NCBI GenBank assembly: GCA_963723755.1
Contig: CAVRSS010000102.1
Coordinates: 377-64,376, forward strand
Origin: an uncultured Alphaproteobacteria bacterium
GTDB lineage: Bacteria > Pseudomonadota > Alphaproteobacteria > Rhizobiales > Rhodomicrobiaceae
Length of the DNA stretch: 64,000 nucleotides
Direction of reading: 5' to 3'
Part shown: piece by piece, positions 10,879 to 21,388 of the stretch
Numbering within the stretch: the first letter of the stretch is position 1
Layout: every line of letters starts with the position of its first letter
Program-made: the position numbers and the translations under genes
Notes under the pieces: model-generated
What the model was told of the DNA's origin: nothing
The model's database searches: none
Seen by the model: the letters and a program-made list of their open reading frames with translations, nothing else

Positions 10879-11829
10879 TCATGGCTGTTCGACGCTTCGC
10901 ATCATCTGCCTCATCACAAGGCCGGATATCAGAAGGCCCGCCGAGGCGGCGGCGAGGATGGTCTTGCCACGGGGGTCATGGAAAAGAGGCGTGAGGTAGC
11001 CGGGCGACACCACGAGAAGCGCCCCTACCGTCACAAAAGGCAGCGCGCCCAGCACATAGGCGGAAAAACGCACTTCCGCGGTCGCGGCCCGGGCCTTCAT
11101 CTGCGTGGCGCGCCGGTTTCGCATCATTTGCGCGAGCGATTCGAGCGTGGGAAGCAGGTTGCCGCCAGCCGATTGCTGCAAGACAACCGCGACCGCGAAG
11201 AACTGAAAATCCGGAACGCGAATGCGCTGACTGCTCAGCCGGAGCAAATCCTCGATCGACATGCCGATCCTGAGTTGGCCGGCGAGCTTCGCGAAAACGG
11301 CGTCAACGGGCGGGGGCGCCTCCTGGCAGACCATCTGGAAAGCCGACGTCACCGGCAGGCCTGCCCGCAGCATGCGAGCGACGGCATCGACAGCATCGGG
11401 AAAAAGAGCAGAAAACGTGGTCTCCATGACACCGCGCTCGCGGATGACGACGATTCGCATCGCGAGGTAAGCGCTAACGCAAGCAGCCGCGCCAGACAGG
11501 GCAATCGGAAGTTGGAGCAGGTTGTTGAAGGCAAACGAGGTTGCCACGGCGGCGGCGATCGCGGCAATCGCCAGCTTCGTTGGATTAATCTTAAGATCCC
11601 AAGGATGATCGCGGTCCACAAGAAGCAACCGTTCGAGTTGAAGGCCCTCGGTTGGCGGCTTTGCCGATGCGCGGGAATCGGTTTCCGTTTCGACGCTTGC
11701 GGATACGGAGGGAAGAAGGCGCAGACGCTGTTCCATGTCGCGCCGCTCTCGTCGCGAGACCGTCAACGCCAGGCCGAATGTAAGTCCTGCGCATAGCACC
11801 AAAGCGAATAATAAAATGGGAAGCAGCAT
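10879..11829 (-). CDS. tadB: TadB (T2SS-F family) platform protein
   Basis: FPDAVDAVARMLRAGLP, QQSAGGNL, TAEVRFSA. Confidence 0.88.
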   Translation of the reverse strand: MLLPILLFALVLCAGLTFGLALTVSRRERRDMEQRLRLLPSVSASVETETDSRASAKPPTEGLQLERLLLVDRDHPWDLKINPTKLAIAAIAAAVATSFAFNNLLQLPIALSGAAACVSAYLAMRIVVIRERGVMETTFSALFPDAVDAVARMLRAGLPVTSAFQMVCQEAPPPVDAVFAKLAGQLRIGMSIEDLLRLSSQRIRVPDFQFFAVAVVLQQSAGGNLLPTLESLAQMMRNRRATQMKARAATAEVRFSAYVLGALPFVTVGALLVVSPGYLTPLFHDPRGKTILAAASAGLLISGLVMRQMMRSVEQP

Positions 11830-11831
11830 GT

Positions 11832-13232
11832 TTAACTACTCCATCTTTTCTGGACGCCGATGGCGTCAAGCAACTGCTCCTCCATGCCGTAATATTTGAT
11901 GCGCGGAAGAAAACGCGGGGCAACGGGTGTGGACTTGAACTCGCCGTCGATGCCTCCGCCGGGCTTTTCTCCCTTGTATTCGAAATTGAAAATCGTACCG
12001 ATCACAACGATTTCGCCCTCGATTCCAACCACCTCCGCAACTTCCGTAACGCGCCGGGCGCCATCTCGCATGCGCTCTGTGTGAATGACGACATCGACGG
12101 CGCTGGAGATCTGTCCCCGAATGGAGCGGACAGGGATATTGGGGTTTCCCATGAGAACCATGTTCTCAAGACGCGCCAAAGCATCCCGCGCTGAGTTGGA
12201 GTGGACCGTCGACATTGAGCCATCGTGGCCCGTGTTCATGGCCTGCATCATATCGAAAGCCTCGCCTCCGCGAACCTCGCCGACGATGATGCGGTCCGGC
12301 CTCATGCGGAGCGCGTTGCGGAGCAAGCCCCCCTGGTCGATCTTGCCGCGCCCCTCGAGATTTGCGTTGCGTGTCTCAAGCTGAATGACGTGCTTCTGCT
12401 GGAGTTGCAGCTCTGCGGCGTCCTCAATCGTGACAATCCGCTCGCCCGGGTCGATCATGCCGGAAAGGGCGTTGAGCAATGTGGTCTTGCCGGAGCCCGT
12501 GCCTCCCGAAACGATGATGTTCAAGCGGCAGCGCGCGAAAATCTCCAAAGCGGTGGCGAGCCCAGGCGACATCGATCCCGCCGCCGCCAGATGCTTGAGG
12601 CTCAGGATCTTCTGCGAAAACTTCCGGATCGATATGGACGGCCCCTTCAGGCTCAGCGGAGGAATGATAACGTTGACGCGGCTGCCGTCGGCGAGGCGCG
12701 CGTCCAGCATCGGATTGGATTCGTCGACACTGCGTCCGACGAAGGACGCGATGCGCTGCGCGACGTGCAGGACATGCGCATCGTGGCGAAACCTAAGCCC
12801 TGTGAGTTCAAGCTTGCCGCGCCTCTCCACATAGATCATGTGGGGGCCGTTCACGAGGATGTCGGACACGGTCGGATCGTGCAGCAGCGGTTCGATCGGT
12901 CCCAACCCGATCATTTCATCGACGATGTCGCGGGTCAGCGCGTCCTGCTCGGTCTGGTTCAGAAGCAGCTTCCGCTCATTCGCGATCTCAGCCACGAGGC
13001 TATTTACGAACGCCGTCAATTCCTGCTTGTTCATGCGCACAGCCGCGACCGGCTCAATCCGAAGCAAGACTTGATCGCGAATAAAGTCCGCAGTCTTGAG
13101 AGCGGAAGGCGCCATCTGTGTTGCGCCAGGCGCCACCTGAGGTGCGCCGATGGCGGCAGCACGGCCGGCTTGTAAGGCGCCCGCAGCCGGTTCTGCCGGA
13201 ATCGTTTTTTTGCCGAAAGAAGCCATCATCAT
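11832..13232 (-). CDS. cpaF: CpaF/TadA pilus assembly ATPase
   Basis: GLGPIEPLLHD, Walker A GGTGSGKTT, TIEDAAEL, LRMRPDRIIVGEVRG, AMNTGHDGS. Confidence 0.95.
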   Translation of the reverse strand: MMMASFGKKTIPAEPAAGALQAGRAAAIGAPQVAPGATQMAPSALKTADFIRDQVLLRIEPVAAVRMNKQELTAFVNSLVAEIANERKLLLNQTEQDALTRDIVDEMIGLGPIEPLLHDPTVSDILVNGPHMIYVERRGKLELTGLRFRHDAHVLHVAQRIASFVGRSVDESNPMLDARLADGSRVNVIIPPLSLKGPSISIRKFSQKILSLKHLAAAGSMSPGLATALEIFARCRLNIIVSGGTGSGKTTLLNALSGMIDPGERIVTIEDAAELQLQQKHVIQLETRNANLEGRGKIDQGGLLRNALRMRPDRIIVGEVRGGEAFDMMQAMNTGHDGSMSTVHSNSARDALARLENMVLMGNPNIPVRSIRGQISSAVDVVIHTERMRDGARRVTEVAEVVGIEGEIVVIGTIFNFEYKGEKPGGGIDGEFKSTPVAPRFLPRIKYYGMEEQLLDAIGVQKRWSS

Positions 13233-13580
13233 GCCCGAGCTTGAACGCATCCACTTTAGGCGGCAGCGGTTAAATTACGACAACATTACAACCAAAGATT
13301 GAAACAAAGTTGGGCGGACCGAGGCCCACTTAAGGACCGCCGATGTCACGGACATGGCAACTTGAGGCGATCCCCCAGGCGTGTCATGGCCGAGTGTCAC
13401 GCCGCCATGGTTGGCAAAGCAACTTCTGCAACGCTGACTTAAAAAAGCTATCTTGACACGGCATGAGGTTCGATCTGGGTCCTAATTTGTGATCGCCTTT
13501 ACCGGCTTGTGAGCGCGATCGCGCTGGTGTCGTCGATGAGCGCGGTGGATGCTGCACGAGACGTTTAAAGAGTGGCAGGG

Positions 13581-14072
13581 ATGACGGTATTTCTCGGCGA
13601 ACGTTTACGATACGGCGCTTACGCACTCATGGCAGCCGCTGCGGTGGTCGCATATTTCGTGATGGGCTCGGATCCGGGCCAGCTGCCGGTCGAAGCAGGA
13701 AGAAAGGCTTTCCAGAGCGAGGACCTTCCAATCCTGCAGCCTCTCGATACCGAAGTGGATCAGGAGGGCCGCCGCGATTTATTCGCATTTGGGAGAGCGG
13801 AACCGGTCGTGGAGACGCCTGCGGTGATCCAGGCGCCGGTCCAGCCGCCGCCGCCCGACCTCCTGGCAAATGTCCAAGCCGTCGGCCTCGTTCGCCGGAG
13901 TGATAATGTGACCATTCTCATTCGCGTTGGAAGCCGGCTGTTGACCGTCGGGCTCGGGGAGTCGTTCGGTGAAGGCAATGCGTTGCGCGTCGCCTCCATT
14001 GCAGGCAGGAACGTGCTGATTGTCGACAGATCCTCCGGCAACTCCCGCAATTATCATTTGAGCGAGGAGTAG
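13581..14072 (+). CDS. PilP/GspC-like bitopic membrane protein
   Basis: N-terminal TM, RRDLFAF, poly-Pro linker, beta-rich C-domain (VGLV...VGLGESFG...RVASI); family assignment is inference. Confidence 0.5.
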   Translation: MTVFLGERLRYGAYALMAAAAVVAYFVMGSDPGQLPVEAGRKAFQSEDLPILQPLDTEVDQEGRRDLFAFGRAEPVVETPAVIQAPVQPPPPDLLANVQAVGLVRRSDNVTILIRVGSRLLTVGLGESFGEGNALRVASIAGRNVLIVDRSSGNSRNYHLSEE

Positions 14073-14088
14073 CATCCGCCTGCGGCGG

Positions 14089-14637
14089 TCATCCCGCTTT
14101 GTGCCGCCGTTTCATGACAAGATAGGCTCTTACGCCTTCGCCATCGTGCTCCAGGGAGACGCGCTCAACGGTCACGAATTCCTCAAGCTGTGCGAGCCCG
14201 GCAATAAAATGCCGGATGTTGCTGTAACGGCCTCGCAAGATGATCTCGAAAAGCGCCGTGTTGACAGCCGCGCTCTTCTCTTCGCTGGGCGATGAGACCT
14301 GCTCGACCGTCGCGCCGCTCCGGCTGGCCAGACCTTCAATATCGCGCACGAAAGCAGGTTCGGCTTTCGCCACCTTCAATTTGGCTTCGAGTGTGTCCGC
14401 TTGTTTCACGCGCACGGCGAAGCTTTGCATGATCCGCTCCCGCGCTTTCAACTCGCGGAATTGAGCCCTCGTTCGCTCCAGCCGGTCATCGGCGTCCGCC
14501 GAGGCCTTGCGGGCCGGCTGCCAGATGAGCGCCGCGACGAGCGCAAGAAGAGCAAGAGTGAGGATGAGAGCCAGGAGTGCGGCAACGGAAGCCGGATGAC
14601 GGACAACATGGGCAATGCGGACTTTTGTCTCGGTCAT
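14089..14637 (-). CDS. pilO: PilO/GspM-like protein
   Basis: TM, coiled coil, LRGRYSNIRHFIAGL...FVTVERVSL ferredoxin-like domain. Confidence 0.7.
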   Translation of the reverse strand: MTETKVRIAHVVRHPASVAALLALILTLALLALVAALIWQPARKASADADDRLERTRAQFRELKARERIMQSFAVRVKQADTLEAKLKVAKAEPAFVRDIEGLASRSGATVEQVSSPSEEKSAAVNTALFEIILRGRYSNIRHFIAGLAQLEEFVTVERVSLEHDGEGVRAYLVMKRRHKAG

Positions 14638-15215
14638 GTCCGCGGGTCCCCGCCGGCGAAGCGTATGGACAGGCGGACCTGATACATCGGGGCAGTGCCC
14701 TCCGTGGTTCCGGCCTGCTTCTTGTCCACGAGGCGAACCGAGGCGAAGACTGCGCTTTTGTTCGCGGTATCGAAAAACGCCGTCAAGTCCTCGCTCGACT
14801 CGGAAATCGCCACGAGTTCGAGAGCGCTCCGGCCTCGATCGTAATCGAAGTTTTGCAGCGCAACCGATGGCGGCATGAATTCCTCAAGCGTGGAGAGAAC
14901 GCGAACGACGGACGGGGCGCCTGCGTAGTCGAGAGCGTTGAGCGACGCGATACGCTGGCGGAGCGCTTTTACGGCGACAGGATCAGGCTCGTCCCTGTGC
15001 TGTGCCAGGAGGGTTCCAAGCTCGGCGCTAAGCTCGCCAGCCTGCTTCAGGGTCTGCTCACGCTCGGTCCAATAGACCGAACTGTCCCATGATAGAATTC
15101 CAGTTTCGATGAGTGCTATGGCGGCAAGCCCGGCGAGGACAAGCGCGAGCACGAGCGAAAAGGGACGCAGATCGAAAGAAAAGTTGACCTTGGGAATGAA
15201 AATCGGACCGCTCAT
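14634..15215 (-). CDS. pilN: PilN domain protein
   Basis: PKVNF N-terminus, TM, coiled coil, LEEFMPPSVAL, FASVRL; overlaps both neighbours by 4 nt. Confidence 0.7.
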   Translation of the reverse strand: MSGPIFIPKVNFSFDLRPFSLVLALVLAGLAAIALIETGILSWDSSVYWTEREQTLKQAGELSAELGTLLAQHRDEPDPVAVKALRQRIASLNALDYAGAPSVVRVLSTLEEFMPPSVALQNFDYDRGRSALELVAISESSEDLTAFFDTANKSAVFASVRLVDKKQAGTTEGTAPMYQVRLSIRFAGGDPRT

Positions 15216-16036
15216 TTTGCGGCCTTCCGGGAAGGTGAGGACTGGCCGGGCCATTTCAGCAGCTTCAGGGTCTTGGAATGCGCCAAATCGGGGGCAGTGG
15301 CGCTGGCCGCCGCAGCGTCGATATAGACGGCGACAGGCGCGCCCTGCCTTGCCACGATGAGCGCATAGCGCCCGATGCGCCTCGCCATCCTGCGCTGCCC
15401 TTCCAGATCATCGCGCGAAGGCCGCCTGACGCTTGCGATATGGGCAATGGTTCCTTCCCCATCCCAAACCAGGATCGTTCTAAAACCGTGCTCTTCGAAG
15501 AGCGCCATGCCGGGCTTCTCAAGCGTTTGGACGCTCACTTGCTCGAATTTCTGCAGGTACTCCGGCGTGATGATGTCGGCGTGGAGGCCCCTTTTTTCGA
15601 GCGCATTTCTGATCTGCAGCAAAATAACGCGCTCCATCGCAAGGCAGAGAATGCGCCCCCTCTCACTCATGGCCCTGGCGAGCGGGCGTGCGATGACCTC
15701 GACCTTCCCCGCCTCGATGCGATGCTCGCGGCAGAAACGCTGGGAGACGATGAGGCGGCGGTCTCCTTGCGCTTTGGGAAGTTTCGTGAACGGCAGGATC
15801 GCGGCCATGATGAGCGGCCCTTCGAGGGTCACGCGAACGAAGGGCGAGGTCAGTCTCATTGCGGGGAGAATAGTGGCGAGAACGCTATCGAGCGCCGCGC
15901 CAAGGGTGGGCGCGCCTTCGGATGTCGTGAAAGCGGCGACGGCCTTGGTTTTCACGCCGCCGCTCCAACTGGGGCCGTGCCAAGCGCCATGGACCTGACC
16001 GGCGCTGATCCGAAGGAGGCAGGTCGATCGACGCAC
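15212..16036 (-). CDS. Degenerate PilM/GspL-like cytoplasmic protein
   Basis: 274-aa ORF between gspE and pilN; ILPFTKLP; assignment mostly positional. Confidence 0.45.
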   Translation of the reverse strand: MRRSTCLLRISAGQVHGAWHGPSWSGGVKTKAVAAFTTSEGAPTLGAALDSVLATILPAMRLTSPFVRVTLEGPLIMAAILPFTKLPKAQGDRRLIVSQRFCREHRIEAGKVEVIARPLARAMSERGRILCLAMERVILLQIRNALEKRGLHADIITPEYLQKFEQVSVQTLEKPGMALFEEHGFRTILVWDGEGTIAHIASVRRPSRDDLEGQRRMARRIGRYALIVARQGAPVAVYIDAAAASATAPDLAHSKTLKLLKWPGQSSPSRKAAK

Positions 16037-17594
16037 TCAGGTTACCCTTACCACTTCGGGAAGCGAGGTGACGAAGGCCCGCGCCTTGCCGAGCGCAGCC
16101 TGCCGAATATCCCGCAACCCGTTTTGCAATGCCGCGATGCGCATGTCCTCGGTCGGCTGCCGTTCGACGATCATCTGCTTGAGCTCGGGCGTCATCATGC
16201 AGGATCTCGGCCGCCACGGTGCGCCCTGAATAGCCCGTGTTGAAGCAGGCATCACACCCTCTCGGCTCCCGCCATGTCTCGGCGGCGAGGGAGAAATCGT
16301 CAAAGCCCAGGGCCTCGATTTCCTCGATCGTGTATCGGTGCGCGCGCGAGCAAGCGGGACACAGGCGCCGCAAGAGCCGCTGCGCTACGATGCAGTTGAG
16401 CGCCGCGACAAGTTCGTGGAGGTCGATTTCCATATGCGTGAAACGGGAGATGACGTCGAAGGCGTTGTTCGCGTGGAGCGTGGTGAAGACAAGGTGGCCC
16501 GTCAGCGCCGCCTGCACGGCGATCGAGGCTGTTTCGCGATCCCGGATTTCACCGACCATGATCTTATTGGGGTCGTGGCGCAGGATGGACCGCAAGCCGC
16601 GCGCAAAGGTCAGCCCCTTCTTGTCCGACACGGGGATCTGAAGGATGCCCGGCAACTCGTATTCGACCGGGTCCTCGATCGTGATGACCTTCTCCTCACT
16701 GTTGCTGAACTCGGTGAGGCACGCATAGAGCGTGGTGGTTTTGCCCGAGCCGGTTGGCCCCGTCACCAGCAGCATGCCGTTGGGCGAGCGCCCTACGCGC
16801 GCAAGAACGCCGCGGTCTTTTTCCTCGTAGCCCAAGGACTCCAGCGACAGGGAATTCTGCTTTTCAGTAAGGTGCGCCTTGTCGAGCACCCGGATCACGA
16901 TGTCCTCGCCGTGCACGCCAGGCAAAACAGAGACGCGGAAATCGATATCGCCTTGCCGGCCTCTCAGGCGGAAGCGGCCATCCTGGGGAACGCGGTGCTC
17001 GGCGATGTCGAGATCCGCCATCACCTTGATGCGCGAGATGAGCGTCGCCTGATAGGCCGGGTCGAAGGGGCCGAGCGCGCGCATCAAAACGCCGTCGATG
17101 CGGAAATCGACCGAGACGCCAGCGGCGTCGGAGTGGATGTGAATATCGCTGGCCTGCCTCTGCAGCGCGGCGCGGACGATTTCGTTGACGAGCCTCACCA
17201 CCGGGGCCGAATCGCCGCCGAAGGCTTCAAGATCGACGATCTCGGCGTTGCCCTGCTCGGTCTCGCGAACAAGCGCGAGGCCGAACTCCGCGCTCATCTC
17301 CTCGAGCATCTTCTGCCCGTCGTCGCACTGCCTCAGAACCTCGTCGATGGCATCGGCGGGGCTGACGACATAGTCGATTTCGCAACGGCACAAGAGGCTG
17401 AGTTTCTGCTCCAGCTCGAAATTGTCCGGCCGGCTGGTCGCAACGACGAGCAGATCGCCTTCAAACCGGAGCGGAGCGACGCCGAGCCGCCGGGCGTCGG
17501 CGGCGGGAAGCCGCGCCAGCGCTTCGGGGGAAATTTTTGCCCCGGCAAGAGTGTCGAAGGGCAGGCCGAACCTTGCGGCTGTTTGCTGGGTCAC
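16037..17594 (-). CDS. gspE: GspE/PulE family secretion ATPase (apparent indel near 16200)
   Basis: ASDIH, DIAEHRVPQDG, GPTGSGKTTTLY, TIEDPVEY, LRHDP, tetracysteine CPAC...CDAC. Confidence 0.92.
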
Positions 17595-18781
17595 TTGATC
17601 AGGTCCGTTAGCGTGAAGATCGGAAGATACATCGCAATGACAACGCCACCAACGAGAACGCCGGCGATCAGCAGCACGGCAGGCTCCATCAAGCTTGTGA
17701 GCCTTGTCAGGCTGGTCGCGAGTTCTTCCTCTTGCTGGGCCGCGACCGCGGTGAGCATTTTGTCGAGGCTTCCGCTGGCCTCGCCGGCCTGGATCATCTT
17801 CATGGCCATCGGACGGAACAACCCGCCCACCATCAACGCCCTGGCGAGCGGGTTGCCATCTTTCACGGCCCGGTTTGCATCAGCCAGGACTTGAGAGAAA
17901 TACCGGTCGGTAACGCTGGAGCCTGCGACGGCGAGCGCTTTCGGCACCGTGGCCCCCGATGAGATCAAAATCGACAGCATGCGAGCCGTCGCCGCCGCAG
18001 CCGAAGCGCGCCGGAAATGGCCGAATACCGGGATAAGAAGGAGCGCCTTGTCGCGCGCGATGGCCCCTTCGGGTTTTGAGGTCCATAGCCGGTCGAGAAG
18101 CAAAACCGAGCCCAGCGCGCTACCGAGGGTAAGCGCGATAAGGGGGAAGTTTTCCTCGACGCCGATCAGAACCTGGGTTGGCGCAGGCAACGAGCTTCCA
18201 AGTTCCGCGTACATGGAGACGAAGTTCGGGATCACCTCCACGAAAAGGAATGTGAGCACGCCCGACAGCACGAGGAGAAGGACGATGGGATAGATCATCG
18301 CCTTCGAGACCTGGCCGCCGATCTTTTGTTTGAGGTCCACATAGTCCTGATAGCGCTCAAGGCAGACGGGCAGGGAGCCCGACTGTTCGCCTGTTGCGAC
18401 AAGCGCGCGATAGGGGGCATCGAAGACGGCGGGAGCCTTGCCCATGGCGTCGGAGAGAGACCCGCCGCGCTTGACTTCAGCGGTCACGACCTGCAGCGCT
18501 TTTTCAAGCTTCGGCTGGCCGGGCCGCACCGAAAGCAGGGACAGCGTTTCAGGAATTGAGATCCCGGCCCGCAGCAGCACGGTCAGTTCCCGATTGAAGT
18601 TGGCGATGTGTTTCAATGGGGGACGGCTGAGAGACGAGGTCCCCCGGCTCACGCGCCCCGCTTTAAGGATCAGATCGCGCGAAGACAGGATCTCCCGCAG
18701 CTGCTCAAGGGAGTCGGCTGTTTCCAGGCCGTCCGCCGTCTCACCCGTCAGCGTCAGCGCCTTATAGGAGAACAACGGCAC
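17591..18781 (-). CDS. gspF: GspF/PilC inner-membrane platform protein
   Basis: MPLFSYKAL, GEQSGSL, AMIYP, GEASGSLDKML, MEP, MYLPIF. Confidence 0.92.
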   Translation of the reverse strand: MPLFSYKALTLTGETADGLETADSLEQLREILSSRDLILKAGRVSRGTSSLSRPPLKHIANFNRELTVLLRAGISIPETLSLLSVRPGQPKLEKALQVVTAEVKRGGSLSDAMGKAPAVFDAPYRALVATGEQSGSLPVCLERYQDYVDLKQKIGGQVSKAMIYPIVLLLVLSGVLTFLFVEVIPNFVSMYAELGSSLPAPTQVLIGVEENFPLIALTLGSALGSVLLLDRLWTSKPEGAIARDKALLLIPVFGHFRRASAAAATARMLSILISSGATVPKALAVAGSSVTDRYFSQVLADANRAVKDGNPLARALMVGGLFRPMAMKMIQAGEASGSLDKMLTAVAAQQEEELATSLTRLTSLMEPAVLLIAGVLVGGVVIAMYLPIFTLTDLIK

Positions 18782-18789
18782 GGTGACCG

Positions 18790-19323
18790 CTATTTATTGG
18801 AGGCGGTGGCCGGCGCCGAGTCCCAGCTTGTGATATCGGCGTCGTTGCCTGCGCCGCCCTCGCGCCCATCGGCGCCAAAGGAGTACAGATCATACTTCCC
18901 ATGCTCGCCCGGAGAGCGATAATTGTACTTGTTGCCCCACGGGTCGGGCGGAAGCTTTTCGCCTTTGAGGTAAGGACCGGCCCAATTCGCAACGGCGCCC
19001 GGTTTGTGGACGAGCCCATCGAGGCCTTCAGCCGAGTTGGGATACCGGCCTGCGTCGAGGTAGTACAGGTCGAGGGCTTTGCCAAAATTGTCGATTTGCA
19101 GCCGTGCGCTTTTGACCTTGCTCGTTTCGAGGTAGCCCAGCACGCGCGGGCCGACGAGACCGACGATAAGGCCGATGATGGCGAGAACGATGAGCAACTC
19201 GATCAGGCTGTAACCGGGAGAGCCGCGCCGGGGCGCATCGCGACCGCGCCGGGCCTTATCGAAGCCTGGAAAAAACCGAACCCGCTTCAGAAACTCGTTG
19301 CCGATTTGGAATGAAACTCGCAT
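18790..19323 (-). CDS. gspG: T2SS major pseudopilin GspG
   Basis: G|YSLIELLIVLAIIGL, GRYP...GL, WAGPYL, DPWG, YSFGADG. Confidence 0.93.
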   Translation of the reverse strand: MRVSFQIGNEFLKRVRFFPGFDKARRGRDAPRRGSPGYSLIELLIVLAIIGLIVGLVGPRVLGYLETSKVKSARLQIDNFGKALDLYYLDAGRYPNSAEGLDGLVHKPGAVANWAGPYLKGEKLPPDPWGNKYNYRSPGEHGKYDLYSFGADGREGGAGNDADITSWDSAPATASNK

Positions 19324-19450
19324 CAACGCCCCTCCGGCCCATCGCTGAAAGCCGAACACACAGTCCACCCATGAATGCAATCGCATCGACGGCATCCACT
19401 GACTAACCCAGGAAACTGAGAAGCATGAACACGGCATTTGAGGCAGCATC

Positions 19451-19956
19451 ATGATCCCCAAAATTGCCGCCGGGGCTGTCTTCCTATGGTGTGCCGTGGT
19501 CATCGCCAGGGATGATTATCAATTCAGGATCGTTCCCGATCGCATCCTGGCGGTCTTATTTGCGACAGGCGCGCTTTACGGATTGCTGGCCGGAGATCCG
19601 CTTTGGGAAGACTTGGAGGATACGATCTCCGCTCTCGCCTTTCGAAGCGCAGTTCCTGGGCTTTCGACGTTACTCGTCGCCCTGATATATAAAGTCGTCC
19701 GGGGACGGGATGGGCTTGGTTTGGGCGACATCAAGCTTATAGCAGCGGCGGGAGTCTCGGCTCCCGGTCAATGGCAGCTTCTATGCCATCGCTGCGGCAT
19801 CGATGTTCGCCCTCGCGGGCACGGTTGCCCTCGGATTATGGCGGAGACAGGCAGCCGCCCTTGTCGAACTCGCTACCGTTTGCGGTTTTTCTTGCGCCAG
19901 CTTTCTGGCTCGTATGGCTCTTGGATGAAGCGAAACTTCTTCCGGCCTTGAACTGA
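19451..19956 (+). CDS. A24 family prepilin peptidase, short form (apparent indel near 19765)
   Basis: DYQFRIVPD, GLGLGDIKL, LPFAVFL; no N-terminal Zn domain. Confidence 0.8.
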
Positions 19957-20528
19957 AGGCTATTCAGGACGCGCACGCACCTGTGATGCCGCCGATGGTT
20001 TTTTGGACCAGGGCTTTTGGACCATTTGGCGTCAAGCACACCCTGACGTTGTATGCAAAAACGCTGGTCGTTGTATGACAGCGGCCGAATTCAGGCCGAA
20101 TATGGTGAACATTGCGTTGCGGCAGGGGGGTAAATTAACCCGCTTATGGTTAATTCCCACGCGGCCGGCGCGCGACGGAATTATCTCCCGCCGGAAATCG
20201 CGCCCACAGATGGGTTTCTTGCGTAAAAGCGTGGCGCGAAGAAATCCGTTAATTATGTTTTTGGCCACCACGTTAACCTTGACAGCCCGTTTTGCAGCCG
20301 CCGCCGCGCCTGTCGCCTTCAGATTTTTCCGTTTTAAATCAATGTCTTGGTGCCATTAACCTCACGGTAAAGCGCATTTTCCTAAAATCCAAGGCTGAAG
20401 CATTCCGGCTGACACGCGAGAAAGAAGCCGATCCGGAGGACAGATGCCGCCCAAAGTCCGCCAAATATGTTGCAAACAGATGCCGCCATACACGGAACAG
20501 ACAAAACAGGCATTCGGACACCTGCGTT

Positions 20529-20759
20529 TCAGGACGGCCTTTCGGCCACTTCTTCCTCCGTTACGGGCTGCGCACGCTCAAACCACTCCTCGAAAGCTCC
20601 ACGGATCACGTCGCCGTCGGGGAATTCAACATCAAGTTCGTCACCGCCGGACCGGCCATGATAAGCGCCGATTACTTTGCCGATATCCGAGGCCTTATAG
20701 CCAAGCCGCGTCGGGCTGGACTTTCCCCACCTTACCAAGGACCCGATCTCCGCCGTCAT
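20529..20759 (-). CDS. Small hypothetical protein (76 aa, beta-rich)
   Basis: GGAGGGAG RBS before ATG; MTAEIGSLVRW...DIGKVIG...LDVEFPDG. Confidence 0.55.
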   Translation of the reverse strand: MTAEIGSLVRWGKSSPTRLGYKASDIGKVIGAYHGRSGGDELDVEFPDGDVIRGAFEEWFERAQPVTEEEVAERPS

Positions 20760-20875
20760 ACTCCCTCCAAAGCTATCAAATTTGGGTATTTGAGCACTTC
20801 CCTGAGCAAGAACGGTCCGAAGGGCGGTTTTCTTCCATGATCGGAAGCGGTGAGGGATTGAAGCGGGGACAGCAT

Positions 20876-20901
20876 CATCCATATACCATCCACACGGATG
20901 G
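20876..20901. promoter_or_regulatory. Putative operator of CCATCC/GGATGG boxes
   Basis: CATCC-ATATA-CCATCC-ACAC-GGATGG just upstream of an RHH regulator. Confidence 0.45.
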
Positions 20902-20909
20902 TGAAAGCA

Positions 20910-21329
20910 ATGTCAGATAATGTACGAGAGCTTCGCCCCAAGACGGGCGACACGGAAAAAATCACGATCAATCTTGGCTTTGTCGATCTCGGCCATGTCG
21001 ATCTGCTCGTGCAGGAAGGCTTCTATTCCAACCGCACCGACTTCATTCGAACAGCCATCCGCAATCAGATCGAGCGTCATGCCGACGTGGTCCGCAACGC
21101 CGTGACGCGCAAAAGCGTCGATCTCGGCCTTCGGCATTTCACGCGGGCCGACCTCGAAGCGGCGCGGGACGCCGGGCATATGCTCGACATTCGCGTTCTT
21201 GGACTTGCGAGAATCGCGGACGATGTTCCGCCAGACCTCGCTCGTGCAACGATTGCATCGCTTGCCGTGCTCGGAGCTCTTCACGCAAGCTCGGCTGTCA
21301 AGGCGGCGCTTTCAGACCGCATGCAGTAG
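20910..21329 (+). CDS. CopG/ribbon-helix-helix transcriptional regulator
   Basis: EKITINLGFVDLGHVDLLVQEGFYSNRTDFIRTAIRNQ. Confidence 0.88.
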   Translation: MSDNVRELRPKTGDTEKITINLGFVDLGHVDLLVQEGFYSNRTDFIRTAIRNQIERHADVVRNAVTRKSVDLGLRHFTRADLEAARDAGHMLDIRVLGLARIADDVPPDLARATIASLAVLGALHASSAVKAALSDRMQ

Positions 21330-21388
21330 GTTTTGCCTTGAGAATTTTCCCGAGTTGGTTCTTCGCCCGCAAAAGAAAGCGCCCGACA

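Noticed and set aside
10691-10999. Short ORFs containing SSFDKLRMR/VRQAHHE (also near 26.9, 28.3-28.7 and 44.5 kb)
   Set aside because: Spurious translations of the repeat element.
13233-13580. Hidden Flp pilin gene (also searched 19957-20528)
   Set aside because: No G|xxxxEY pilin motif found by eye.
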